A stretch of DNA of 64,000 nucleotides from Saccostrea cucullata (GCF_032062105.1 NW_026940638.1:744001-808000), one strand, 5' to 3'. Counted from the first letter of the stretch, positions 24,486-36,519 are shown. Made by a program: numbers and translations. Notes: generated from the letters alone by a model not told the origin.

Positions 24486-24527
<42 letters not shown>
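22587..24527 (-). mobile_element. Non-autonomous Helentron-type (HINE/pearl-like) element with ~166-bp satellite core
   Basis: AACAAGAGGCCCATGGGCC end, GCTCACTTGAGCCTTCGGCTCAGGTGAGC subterminal inverted repeat, (GACA)n microsatellite, internal tandem units spaced 162/154/166 bp, inserted in an A-run. Confidence 0.85.
23308..24285. mobile_element. Solo LTR (978 bp), 5-bp TSD, BEL/Pao- or Copia-type
   Basis: TGTCAC...ATGACA termini; TTGAT duplicated at 23303-23307 and 24286-24290; the host HINE rejoins as TTCTTGATTATCTCCCC. Confidence 0.85.
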
Positions 24528-24532
<5 letters not shown>

Positions 24533-24685
24533 AACCTTTATCGGAGATGAATGTTTATAAAGAAAACCTCCATCGGTAATTACAAAATTATATGAAGGTT
24601 TTGAAGTTTTCCCGGGAGTCGATTCTCTTCAGAGAAAACCTACATCGGTCAATAGCAATATTAATCTACATTGAAAATCCGAGTC

Positions 24686-25012
24686 CATCAATCGATAGAG
24701 CGCTCGCTTCATGATCGGAAGGTCGTGTGCTCGAATCACGGCCGCTACAGACCTTAATCGATACAAAAGCAGAACTGTTTCTTCAAAACCGTTCGGCACT
24801 TTATAGTGAAAGCTGTGGGCCCTTTTGTTGAGACCTTAAAATCGAAGCCCCGTGTCGTGATCGGCGTTGGCATAATGAAGAACATTCACTGCTCAATAAC
24901 CCTAAGTGGTGTCTAAAAGTCTAAATTTGATGCCCTTCACCGGTAGATGGTGAATCACTATATATGAATGAAAAATTCTCGACGTAAAAAAACAAAAAAT
25001 CAAACAATCAAT
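24686..25012 (+). mobile_element. MD-type SINE embedded in the macrosatellite
   Basis: Head GATAGAGCGCTCGC...CTCGAATC, Deu-like core, CAATCAATC tail. Confidence 0.8.
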
Positions 25013-25394
25013 CCATGGGTCAATATCAGATAGAGGTTTTACCCAGGAGATGATGATCTACAAAGAAAACCTCAAACGGTCAATAAAGTTTTCTTCGGGA
25101 GACAATTTTCTTCATAGAAAACCCTCAGTTCTCCTCAGCACACGATTGTCTTTCTGGAAAACCTTCATCGGTAAATATCACATAAAACTTTTCCCGGGAA
25201 AACTTTCATCGGTAAATATCATATAAAAGTTATCGAGGGAAGCGATTGCCGGTATAGAAACATCCCCCCATTGGTCAATTAGGTCAAATCTGATTGAAAG
25301 AACGGACATCAACGAATTTGGGATAAAATGATGTTTTAAAATACGAATTCATGATTCTTTTCGTGAGGATATACAAAGAGAAATAACTCTGGTA

Positions 25395-26441
25395 CGAGGG
25401 CCGTTCAAAAATTACGCGGATTCTGCTATTATTTACTATTCCAGAAGTCATATAGTTAAGAAATTTCACAGAAATATGTATCTCAAAGATTCTAATACAT
25501 TTTGGGCAAAATATCTGTATTTCAAAAAAATTCTCCTTACATTATCGCTGTTTTGAAATCGCAGATGGAGAGGTACGGAGCACGACAAAAAATTTGAAAC
25601 AAAAACATGCGGAATCCAAAATTTAACTCATTAATTTTTTTATAATTCGCGAAATTTCTCGACAATATTCTCAAATGTATCTTTACATTGTTCTATTATT
25701 ATGCATTTAGATTTCTGAGGTGATATTTGAAGTACTAACAGAAATATAGTGATTTTTCTCCGATGCGATGACTGTGAAAATGACGTCTCCTGAATTGACG
25801 GAGCACCGCCTTTTTGTTAAATTGTGTGTTATGCTCGAGATATCGCCAGCATAGATCCAAATTATGCCTAATAAAACATTTAGTAAAGTAGAGAATTCGT
25901 GACATTTGTCTACAAATAGCAAATTTGAATTTTAGACCGTTAGACATCTCTAAAAAGGCTATATGGGAGGATGTGAAGAGGATTGTTGACGAAAATTTAT
26001 CAGTATTGTAAAGAACGTGATTGAGAGTGACCAATGTCAGACTATATCTCATAAATACCTGCAGTTTTGGGTTTTAAAACAAAAAAAGAAGTACATTCTT
26101 TTTTTGTTTGATAGATTTTAATATTGACAAGAAATGGTGTATGGATGTTGAGTGGTAACTCAAACTGTCTGTAAAGGAACTCTTGGGAAAATGTTGAGAA
26201 AATGAAAGCTCGCGGTTTTTTTTTTACAATGCCCGTGACGTCGAAGATTTAATGACGTCTGTGACTTAATGATATGTTCTGATAAATCATCCAAAATTGA
26301 TATCAATTTACAATATTTTGATATGAAATTTTGAAGACTATATAAGTAAAGATTCTTTTATATCCTGTGACATATTGCCCTATTATGTCGTCAAATATTT
26401 TTTCTGTGCAACAAGAACGCAAAATTTTTGAACGGCCCTCT
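25395..26441. mobile_element. Non-autonomous Tc1/mariner-like element
   Basis: TA|CGAGGGCCGTTCAAAAATT...AATTTTTGAACGGCCCTCT|TA termini; no transposase ORF. Confidence 0.75.
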
Positions 26442-27084
26442 TAAATGTAAATGGTAAAGACTTTAGAATTTAGAGCTGATAACGATTCGTAACAGGAACT
26501 TATCCGTCATATTATTTTGTTCAGTCGTAATATCTGAGGGCCCCTATGTTAGGCATTCACTTCGTTACTGTTGAGTAATATCACGTTGCCACCTGTGTAG
26601 GCAGACAAAGTCATTGTAAAACATTCGGTATCAACGAAAGTAACTGTCTCCTTCTTCTTCGATAGAGGAGAAAGTTAATGTAAGATAACCAGCAAGAACG
26701 CGTTTCGTCCATTCCAAGCCGGTATCCATTACAATAAAGCTCTCAGATGCACGGATGAAAGGAGTATACCTACTACTGGTGTCGATGATGGAAAATCGAA
26801 GTTCTAAGTCATGTATCTTTTTTTACGAGTCGTGTCCAACTTTAATTTGGTTCAGTTTCTACTTTTTTACAATTTACAACACACTTTCTAGAGGAAGTTC
26901 GCATAAAGTTTTGCCTCCTTCAGCTAAAAAGGTGCTGTTATTCGAGTTTTCAAGCTTGGTTTTTACTTCTGGCATCTGGTCAACTTTTGAACAGCCAGTT
27001 TCCTCTATTACAGTCTGTTTGTATTTGTTCCATACGTATGGATTGGCTATACTATGACCTACCCTTTTCGTTTTTATGCCATGT

Positions 27085-27512
27085 CTGCTTCTCTGCTTCT
27101 CTCCAAACTTGGCTCAAAGTATCCTTGGATAAAGGGGATTAAAGATTGTTCAAGTGAAGGGCCACACCCCAAATTAAGGGGAGATAACTAAGAAGAGGTA
27201 AAAAAAAATTGGTGGGTCATTCTTTAAAAAAACAAATCCCAAGAACTACTGTGGCCAGAAATGATGAAACTTAGATAAAAGCTTCATGACATGAGGAAGA
27301 TACAATATTGTTCAAAACATGAGGGTTGGACATACATAAGGGATCAGTTTGTTCAAATCATGACCCCCGGGGAATAGGGTGGGGCCACAATGGACGATCA
27401 GTGTTTAACATAAAAATGCATGTATATTGGAAATACCTTCAAGAAAATCCTCTTCTCAAGAACAGCAAAGCTATTATTGGTCATATTTATATGGAAGCAT
27501 CATCACGTTGTG
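27085..27512 (+). mobile_element. Decayed HINE satellite-core fragment
   Basis: TTCAAATCATGACCCCCGGG...GGGCCACAAT is the reverse complement of the core at 22.8-23.2 kb. Confidence 0.65.
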
Positions 27513-28168
27513 TCTGAGTGGAAATTAAGAAGTGTTTATTCAGAAATAAATATCACAGACGTGTTAGCATAAAAAATATCGGATCTGAGTTCTTGTAGGA
27601 GTTAGTGTATGTTTAAAAATAGAGATTTATAGCAAGAGAATTGGAGAATTGATTGTTAATGGAATAGGGTTATATTTACAGATCATTGAAAGATTGTAAT
27701 TGGTGAGATCGACAGAGAATTGATGTCAAAATAAATTAACCCTAGTCTGCATTATCATTTTACAAGTCTTGTACCTTCAAATCTAAGTTTTACTCAACCG
27801 GTCGGTTCCTTATACTTAAATTTGCAGAAAAAGAAATATGGGCTATGAACATTAGTATAAATCTTTACGATGCATTTCTAACTGATCTTTACAAACTGTA
27901 GCTTGAAACAATATCATCTTTGATTGCAACAGTTTAATGCTGTATTCTTTTAAGAATTTTATTTTAGTTCTACATTTGGAAATCTAAATGATACTCGCAG
28001 TATACATTCCAAGGATGAAATTCTTCAAAATCACATTTCAATATTCGAAACTCTTAAGGACATCCTCATCTTCTAATGAAACAATTTTCATTTTATGCAT
28101 CTTAATATGATTCAAATTTCTTGACAGTCTTAGAAAGGGACATGCAAAAGGTTGGTATGTAATGGTTA

Positions 28169-28268
28169 TAAGCCGAAAACTGTCCATTATGTCAGATATT
28201 AGACGACCCGAGGCGCGTTATCGCCGAGGAGAGTCTAATATCTGACAAATTGGTCAGTTTGAGGCTTA
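28169..28268. mobile_element. Hairpin relic of a Crypton-like non-autonomous element
   Basis: ~36-bp imperfect inverted arms around a CGAGGCGCG...CGCCGAG loop. Confidence 0.5.
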
Positions 28269-28314
28269 CAACTTACTTAAAACATTTCATCACTGTCAAA
28301 CACTTCTATTGTTA

Positions 28315-28530
28315 ACTCGGCACTCAGGGCCATTGAGCAGGAAGGGGTCTTTTTCGTGCCAGCACCTACTGCGATACTGGACGTCTGTTTATACGGTCTC
28401 ATCCGAAGGACCTGTCTTAACGCACCACAGTGAGATACGAACCCGCGACGTAAGGATCAACTCCTTACTATGCAAAGACAGAGCAGACAGATTGCGGACG
28501 ACCACTGACAGACGACGCTCTAACCATATG
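28315..28530 (-). mobile_element. tRNA-headed Deu SINE (same family as 14140)
   Basis: Contains the GTAAGGAGTTGATCCTTAC arm and the Deu-like core. Confidence 0.75.
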
Positions 28531-29477
28531 GCTGGTGAGATCTGCTTTCATAGTGGCGTTTCCCAATAGTCCTCCTCCTTCCACTCCCCCAGCACGACTT
28601 CAAGCCTTTCTTGATCTTCCGAGGTTTCTTCCTTGCTTTTTCTAGCAATAACAGTCTGCAATAACAGATATAACTTTGTTATGTCTCCATGTACATCTTC
28701 CATCTGTTCAGGCTACTGAATATGAAGACAGAATATGTTTCAGGCTGGTTGGTCTACAACAAAAATTGCAGTCTGAGTCGTCCCACATGCCCCATATTGC
28801 CAGATTGGTCGGAGATGGCAACACGTCATGAACCGCATTAAGCTGAAACTGAAGTCTCTGGGGCTCTGTTATCCAGATCTTATTCCAAGATAATTTTATC
28901 TGTCGGGCTCCTTACAAGTTTAGGCAGCTACCCCGCTTCTTCATACCAATGCCTTCACCATTCGTGTGCTTTTCCATGTTGCGTGCTCCTATCTGCACAA
29001 GTTGCCTCTTCCTCACTTTTGACGATATTCCCAATCTTGTCGATGGTATTATTGCTATTCCCTCCTCCTTGCCTATTATAACACGGTTTGCCTCAGGCGA
29101 GACTCTTACTCTTGTACTGTCTTCTTTGCTAACCACCTTTTCATTACCGTCGCGTAGCATCAGAAACTGCCTGACCTTGGTGACCTTGAATTCCTCAACG
29201 ATTGACGACAAAGGTTATTACAGCTTTGTTCTTGTGCTGTACAAATCAATGCTGCTAAACTTACCACCAGCCATCTTCTAGGGTACCTTCTTATCCGTCG
29301 CTCCATCGAGTGGTATATCGTTCACAAGTGAGCCCAAATAAATCATGGAAGTATGCCGTGTTGGTACATCCATACCTCACATTTTCTTGGAAAGGCACTT
29401 TTGTCTATGGTGTGCATCCAATTCTCCAGTTGATTACTGGTGTCACTAACATTCTGTTTATCACTCCATGAAACATC

Positions 29478-30092
29478 AACAAGAGGCCGATGAGCCACAA
29501 TGCTCAACTAAGTAGCTTTGGCCATTCTGTTATTTAATAGATTTTCCTTTTCCAAGTGGTTCTTGAGATGATTTCTAAAGTTTTCTCCCCTAAATACTTC
29601 AATGCAAAAGTTGGATTCCCTATAGTGGCCTCGCCCCCCCCCCCGGGGTCATGATTAGAACAATTTAAAATCTACACTCCCTCAAGATGCTTCCACGTAA
29701 ATTTCAGCTTTTCTGGCCCAGTGATTCTTAAGAAGATTTTTAAAGTTTTTTCCTATACATTTCTATGTAAAACTTGGATTCCCTACTCTGGTCCAACCCT
29801 ACCATTGGGGATCATGATTTGAATTATTTAGAATCTATACTCCCCCAAGATGCTTCCACATAAGTTTCAGCTTTTCTGGCCTAGTGGTTCTTGAGAAGAA
29901 GATTTTTTATGACCCCACCCTATTTTTTTGTATAATTTTCTTGATTATCTTCCTTGGAAGGGGACTTGGCCTTTTATTTTAGCAATTTAAACTCCCCTTC
30001 ACCCAAGCATGCTTTGTACCATGTTTGGTAAAAACTGACCCAGTGGTTCTTGAGAAGTTGAAAATGTGAAAGACGGACGACAGATAACGGGA

Positions 30093-30135
<43 letters not shown>
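29478..30135 (-). mobile_element. Non-autonomous Helentron-type element inserted in the Hero relic
   Basis: AACAAGAGGCC...GCTCACTTGAGCTTTCAGCTCAGGTGAGCTAAAA; ~2 satellite units. Confidence 0.85.
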
Positions 30136-30138
<3 letters not shown>

Positions 30139-30392
30139 TTTTCTGGGCATTTGATGGGTTTTTCTGAGACTGATAGGACAATCTCTTCTACCCTGAACTT
30201 TCCCCTTTTTAAATACTAGGCTCCTAGACTTTGTTGACTTGATCTTCATACGGGCGCAACTTATCATATCTTCTATCCCCTTCAAAGTTCCATTCTGTCT
30301 CTATGATGGTCTTTGTACTTATTGTCATATCGTTCATGAACGTTCAGACAGGGGGCTGTCTCACGCCTACCAACATCCATGGACCTTTACTC

Positions 30393-30631
30393 AGGCCAGC
30401 TTTAAAATAATGTTTGGTTGCCCGACTAGGGATAAAAAATTTGGGTCGGTAGGTAGGTGAGAAAATTATTTTCCTCAGAAAATTACAATATTTTTGCAAT
30501 TTTTTAAAAATATATTTTCCAGAATGAAGAAAAACTATTGCTTCCTGGAGGACATAAGAGGTTTTTGAGTCGGGCCATTTTAGCTAGTCGGTCGGGAGAG
30601 GGCAACCAAACAATTTTTTTAAAGATGTCCT
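30393..30631. mobile_element. MITE (possibly PIF/Harbinger-like)
   Basis: GGCCAGCTTTAAAATAATGTTTGGTTGCCC / GGCAACCAAACAATTTTTTTAAAGATGTCC terminal inverted repeats. Confidence 0.65.
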
Positions 30632-30879
30632 CGTCTTCTGCATAGACTTCATTACCAAATACATGGCTACAAAGAACAGAACAAAATTACTGTTACTGTA
30701 AAGCTAATATCAATTTCTAGGCGCAGCCACGATGTTGTGAAGTCTTCGAAATGAACCGTAATTTGAAGCTTGTCAACGTAACTTTTGAGTAGCGTCCAAT
30801 TCCTGTTTGGTATATGGTAGCTCTGTAGCGTAAGTTGGACTAGTTTATGAGATATGGAAAAATATGCATTGGGTAGTTG

Positions 30880-31835
30880 CCTAGACGGTGTGAATCAGAT
30901 GTGGATACTCAAAAATTCCAAAGAACTTTTGAACAATTTGAAATCTCAAGATTTTACCAAAATTAACAGCTTAAAAACTTACGACTTTTCAACTTTATAC
31001 ACAACCATTCCCCACGATAAATTAAAGTCCAGGCTTTTTAATATCATTGACAGCTGCTTTTTCAATAAAAATAGAACTCGTAAACTTACTTACCTGGTCA
31101 TTTGTCATTTGCAAAATTATTTTGTTTAAACACATTCTGATTGCACACACAAGTACTCTGAAGTTGACATCAAAGAGATGCTTGAGTGTCTGATTGACAA
31201 TATCTATGTAGATTTTAGAGACCAGGTATTCACACAATCTATTGGAATTCCCATGGGTACCAATTGCGTTCCGTTATTAGCAGACCTATTTTTATATTCA
31301 TATGAAGCAGAATGTGTGCAAAATCTTATGCGTGAAAAGAAGAAAACACTTGCTGTGGCCTTCAACTCGACATTTAGATATGTCGACGACGTATTGTCTA
31401 TTAACAATGATAATTTCCATACCTACGTCGATACGATACATCCTGGTGAACTGGAGATAAAAGATACCACAGAGTCTGACACATCTGTTTCATACTTGGA
31501 TATTTTACTTGAAAAAGACGTTAATGGTAATCTAACAACCAAGTGCATGCTCTACGTATGAACAGTCTCTAAAACGGGGTAAATTATTGATAAGCAAGTT
31601 GATGAAACAAGAACATCAACAGCCTCGTTTAAAGTCATCATTTCGTAAGTTCTATGGTCGATACAATGACCTTGTCACCAAATACAATTTATCATTGAGT
31701 CAAATGCTGACTGACGTTTTTCATACTAATTGTTAGTCCATTATTTATATACTGAATTGACGATGGATTTTTCCTATTTTGTATTGTTTTATGGACTTTG
31801 AGATTGAATACTGTTCTTTATCTCCATATCTTTCA
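30880..31835 (+). pseudogene. Naiad-type Penelope-like reverse transcriptase pseudogene (longest copy in the window)
   Basis: GVNQMWILKNS, TYDFSTLYTTIPH, GIPMGTNCVPLLADLFLY and FRYVDDVLSINN motifs. Disrupted at ~31129, with internal deletions at ~31543 and in the 3' UTR. Confidence 0.9.
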
Positions 31836-32001
31836 TCCAACAATATGACTTCCAGTTCTCCTTTCATCTCTTTAGCTTCCTGTAAAATCTCTGTTAAAAC
31901 ACTTTGTACACTTTGCTTTGACCACATTCCGAAACCCCTGACACTCTGCAAAAGCTATGCCTATGTATTGTTAGACGTAGACATATGTTTCAGAGCATAT
32001 A

Positions 32002-32211
32002 CTGTGAAATCAATAATTTTGTGGGGGAGGGTAATTTTTCGTTGTTTTCAAGGTATGAAGAGACCCACGAATTTATGTCCACTATGAAATGCAATTTTTC
32101 ACATATATTACTATCGAACAATTCTTCCGCCACGAAATCAGACCCCCATGAACCAATATATTTTCCTCAAACCACGAAAATTTTACCCCTCGAAAAAATA
32201 TGATTTTACAG
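32002..32211. mobile_element. Tc1/mariner-type MITE, TA TSD
   Basis: TA|CTGTGAAATCA...TGATTTTACAG|TA. Confidence 0.75.
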
Positions 32212-32904
32212 TAGGTTGTCATCCTCTTGGCCAAAATACCCAGGTTAATTTTACTTCAACGTCCATTAGGGAAATGGTACGGAACTGCTTGTTACTTTGA
32301 GCTTTCCTACTTTGCAATGAAGCATCCTTTAGCTTAATGCCAACTGCCCCTTTCTCCACACAATTCTCAGATGAAACTGCTCTAGCCTTCCTGGTGACAC
32401 CTTTACTTTTCGCAGTTTTGGTTCTGTTTCATCGAACAAATGGTCTAGATTGTGTGGCTGCATGAGCTTCTCGAACTCTCTTAAATCTTCATTTCTCCTT
32501 GGATTACTATTCATATCCTTCAAATATTGTTCGACTTCCTCTCTTCCCGTTGTTAGCTTCCTGATCCTTTGTTGCCTAAATGTTTTGATGTAATTGGAAT
32601 GTGCTGGCTGTAAATCGTGCTCTTCCTATTGCTTGCCCCTTGATTCCTTATTGCTTCTAGCCGGCCACTTGACCTTTGCTTTCCTCTCTGATTCTGCCAG
32701 CTGCTTCCTGGGCTGGCGTATCTGTTCTGGTGTTACCACTTCTCCCTGGTTGCCCCCCTCCAACTCGTTGACTGTCGCTTGGACGTTGTTGTCACGGTAA
32801 TTAGATTCCTGGACTACCTCCCACGTCTAACTAGGTGTCTCCGTTTATTGCGTCAGTCGATGAATCGGAGTGCATCCTATCTTTCCCCTGTGTATTTTCA
32901 GCCC

Positions 32905-33252
32905 CGTCGTCGCAAACAACGGCCAAAATGTACGATCCTCTCTCATTATAACCGTGATTGAATGAGAAGAGAATATTTCGAAGCTCATTAAAATATTGAT
33001 CAATGCTAGTAAAGCGTAGTCGGATAATGAACTTTGATAAGGCCTTTCAATACCCAATCGCAGTGTACGAAATATTTCCTGTACACTGCTTATGTCAATT
33101 GTTAATTTTAATTGCGATGGTAACAAAATCTGTCAATGACTGAATATGACGTCAAAATAGAGAGGCCTTAATATTCAAGTTTACAAAACTTTTTGTGATC
33201 AATCAGCCACCGGTAGGAGAGAGCGGACTCCTGACCGTGGCTTGAGACGATG
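32905..33252. mobile_element. MITE with 9-bp TSD (Mutator-like), copy 1
   Basis: TIR CGTCGTCGCAAACAACGG / CCGTGGCTTGAGACGATG; TSD TTTCAGCCC / TTTCAGCTC. Confidence 0.8.
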
Positions 33253-33332
33253 TTTCAGCTCCTGCTCGTTCTTTAAGACTGCTTGTAGGTCTTCCAACGA
33301 TATGTTTATGGAATAAACACTAATTAGCTCCT

Positions 33333-33595
33333 GTGGGGATCCGGGTTAGAATAGGTCCTCAGTATCGTCTTGCTTGTCGTAAAAGGCGACTAAATGGGGC
33401 GGTCCTTCGGATGAGACCGTATAAACCGAGGCCCCGTGTCACAGCAGGTGTGGCACGATAAAGATCCCTCCCTGCTCAAAGGCCGTAAGTGCCGAGCATA
33501 GGCCTAAATTTGCAGCCCTTCACCGGCAATGGTGACGTCTCCATATCAGTGAAATATTCTGGAGAGGGACGTTAAACAATGTAAAATCAATCAAT
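33333..33595 (+). mobile_element. Intact chimeric SINE: RTE-like structured 5' module, Deu core and shared tail
   Basis: 13-bp TSD CTAATTAGCTCCT (33320-33332 and 33596-33608); TGTCGTAAAAGGCGACTAA motif; GTCCTTCGGATGAGACC...AAACCGAGGCCCCGTG; (CAAT)n tail; no A or B box. Confidence 0.85.
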
Positions 33596-33609
33596 CTAAT
33601 TAGCTCCTT

Positions 33610-35080
33610 TGTTAACTGGCCTGTTTTATATCAATTAAAGCAGCATTTCTTGAAAAAATTCAACATGAGAAGGAGGAAACTCTTGCTGTGTTTTTCAACT
33701 TGACATTAAGATATACCAAAGATGCATTAACAATTAACGTCAACACCTAGTAGTTTCATTCAAAAATAGATCTCATACATCTTCGGAAATTTAAAATAAA
33801 AGAAATCACAGAGTCTGTCATATCTATATTTTTATATTTAATATCCACCTATCATCTGTATATGATGTTTACATCTCCTAATTTATTTGATACTCAAGGG
33901 CATACTCCGAGTGCGATCATTTTTTTTCAATAGAAGAATGCTAATGATAAGTTGATGTTACAGGGGTTTCAACAACTTCATTTTAAGTCGGCGATTCATG
34001 AATTTTATGTCACTGTAATGAACATGTAACCAAAATATAACCTTTCCTTGGTCTTATTTTGGCTGACTTGTGTTAGACTAATTTTAAGGTCTTTATTTCT
34101 ATACTGAATTTGACTATGGAATGTTCTGTTTATCCGATCAGCATACCCTAAAACAGGTTTTGACAAGAAAGTGGTGGCTTATTTTCAAAACCGCCTTATT
34201 TTCAAATTGCGGCTTATTAGCAATGCAAAAAAACTGGTAAGCGAAGGGAGCATAATCACGGTTTATTATCATTATGTACAATCATTGAATAAATTGTAAT
34301 TGTTGGATTGAGAACCACTTGTTCGTTCTAAGAATTAAAAAAATCATTAATGTCGCCCTGAACTTTCCCCTTATTTCCATGACAACTATTGAAAATTTGA
34401 AATTTTAAAATGCTAATCACATAACTACAATTACTAATCATTAATATAACAAAGTTTCATTACGATTGTTCAAGGGAACAGAAAGAATACTCCCGGACAA
34501 AATAATAGCAATATGTCGCCCAACTTTTTTTTACGAAAGACCTAAAATTCGTCACTTTTCGCACCTTTCCATGGTAATGGTAGTCATTCTAAAGCTGAAC
34601 GTCCTCACTGCAAAACTACAACTACTGATCATTTTTTGAGGAAACTTCCCTTACTTATGCAGCAATCTACCTTCATCGTCTGCATACGGGTTCTCATTTT
34701 ATTCGAAATGCAAGAGCATGCTCTGCGTATGAACAATTTTTTAAAACGAGGTAAGTTAGTGACAAACAAGTTTAGAAACAAGAATATCAGTAGTATCGTT
34801 TACAGTCGTCATTTCGTAAGTTCTTGGGTCGATACACTGACCTTGTTAGCAAATACAATTTATCATTAAGTCAATTGCTGACTGACGTTCTTCATACTAC
34901 TTGTTAGTCCATTATTTATACACTGAATTTTCGACGGATTTTTGCGTTATTTCCCGATTATGACAAGGAGCACACGGCGGAAGTGACTGGTCAGCAGGAA
35001 TTGTTCACTCCTCCATGGCACCTGGTCCCCTCTCATGTTTTGGAGGACCACGTTTGCTCTGCTCCTATTTTGTATGATAT
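33610..35080 (+). mobile_element. Naiad/PLE fragments (~33610-34140 old; ~34635-35080 younger, with 3' UTR motif)
   Basis: Similar to the RT C-terminus (FLKRGKLVTNK) and GGTCAGCAGG...CTCCTCCATGGCACCTG. Confidence 0.7.
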
Positions 35081-35366
35081 CAATATGATCAATAGAGCCT
35101 CTCATTTACACTGGGACCTCTGATCTTGTGGCTACGTCAATTTAAGCAATTCTGGAAAAGGGCATCCTTGCTCATTCTAACCACACACAAAGTTTATCTG
35201 CAAGAATATGTTTGTTAACAATCAATTATGTGTGCAGTAATTAAATTTCAATTTGATTCATGAGAGCATTTATTAAAAATATTTAAAACTGACATATAAT
35301 TGTGATGAATTTCTGCCTTAGACTTGGAGCTATGAGTATAAGTTGGATTACCACTTGCACTTTGAA

Positions 35367-35697
35367 TATAGATAGTTTTCGATTGACCTAAATTTAGCAA
35401 AAGTTACCTCCCGTTGGCCGCCATACTGGAGGTCCAAATGCTCATATTCCTTCATTGTTCAACCAATTTTAAATTTTTATATTTGCGATTTAGAATTAGG
35501 AATCGTTATTTTTCTGAAGTATATAAATTTTTGGAAGCCTCCTTTATTTAAAAAAAATTATTTAATAAAAATTTTCCACCAAATATTTATGCTATATTTT
35601 CTTAAACTTGGTAAGACAAAGAGGAAAACTCACCGGGTCGACCTCCAATATGGCGACCAACGGGAGGTAACTTTAGGTCAATCGAAAACTATCTATA
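35367..35697. mobile_element. Foldback MITE
   Basis: TATAGATAGTTTTCGATTGACCTAAA...TTTAGGTCAATCGAAAACTATCTATA with internal inverted AGTTACCTCCCGTTGG. Confidence 0.75.
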
Positions 35698-36519
35698 CAC
35701 GATATCCCCAGCTGAAAAAAAAATGTATGAATTAGATTTTTCTATGGCCATCAACTTCCCTCATTTATGCAGAAAATTATTCCAATAATACCTATACATA
35801 GAATCTATGTCTCCCATTTGATAAGATTTGTAAGAGCATCTTTTAAACCAAGTCAAGCCACTGACAAATAAGCTGAGGTTACAAGGGATGTTACGGCTTC
35901 TATGGTAGTCTAAATTATGCCTTTAATTGTACAAACAATCTTTTGTTGGATCATATTATGTCTGATCATAGACGTAACAGGTCTATTGTCTGACATGTTA
36001 GATAATATTAGCAGAGACCAATATACTTTAAGTACGCCTATATCTACCTAGGTCCCTGACATTAGTAAAGGGTCATCGGTTGTCAAAAGTCCAGTAACTA
36101 AGAGAGTTTTTTTGTTGAGTGCAAATAATTCTTTGTATTAGCTCACCATAGATTACACTTAAAATTGCCTTTTATGTAGAAACTTAATAAATCTATACTT
36201 TTTATTAGACAGGTCATTGGAACATACGTCCCCCTTTGAGCAAGGTACGAAAGACAACTCTGCATAATCGATTACTTCAATCGTTGTAGGCCCTATTTCA
36301 TAATCTAAAGCCTGTGATTTTAATCACAAAAACCAGAGGTGCAATCAAAATACACAAATCAATTTATAAAACAATATATCTCATAAAGAATACAGAAAAA
36401 ATCGCCTAGAAAGTCCTTCCTAAAACAGTTTACATAGTTACCAAGCAACAATTTTATTATCTAAATCTGCCTGATGTTCTAAGCGGTCGCACCGACTCTA
36501 CGCATGCCTAGATTGTGTT

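Larger units (their letters stand above)
12780..25280 (+). repeat. Degenerate macrosatellite of ~50-60 bp subunits, with nested transposons
   Basis: Core AATATCACATAGAAGTTATCCCTGGAAGATGATGGTCTACAAAGAAAACCTCCACCGGTC. Near-perfect 60/50-bp units at 19511-20030, degenerate copies elsewhere. Confidence 0.9.
28560..32830 (-). pseudogene. Fragmented Hero-clade non-LTR retrotransposon relic with nested insertions
   Basis: Minus-strand peptides SSIVEEFKVTKVRQFLMLRD, ARMKIKSTKSRSLVFKKGKV, SVLTEILQEAKEMKGELEVILLD and REEVEQYL match Hero/RLE-clade RT motifs; many stops and frameshifts. Confidence 0.7.

Noticed and set aside
30854-31561. Functional reverse transcriptase or selenoprotein Naiad
   Set aside because: 5'-truncated, disrupted by TAA and a frameshift at ~31129, internally deleted; no in-frame TGA or SECIS seen
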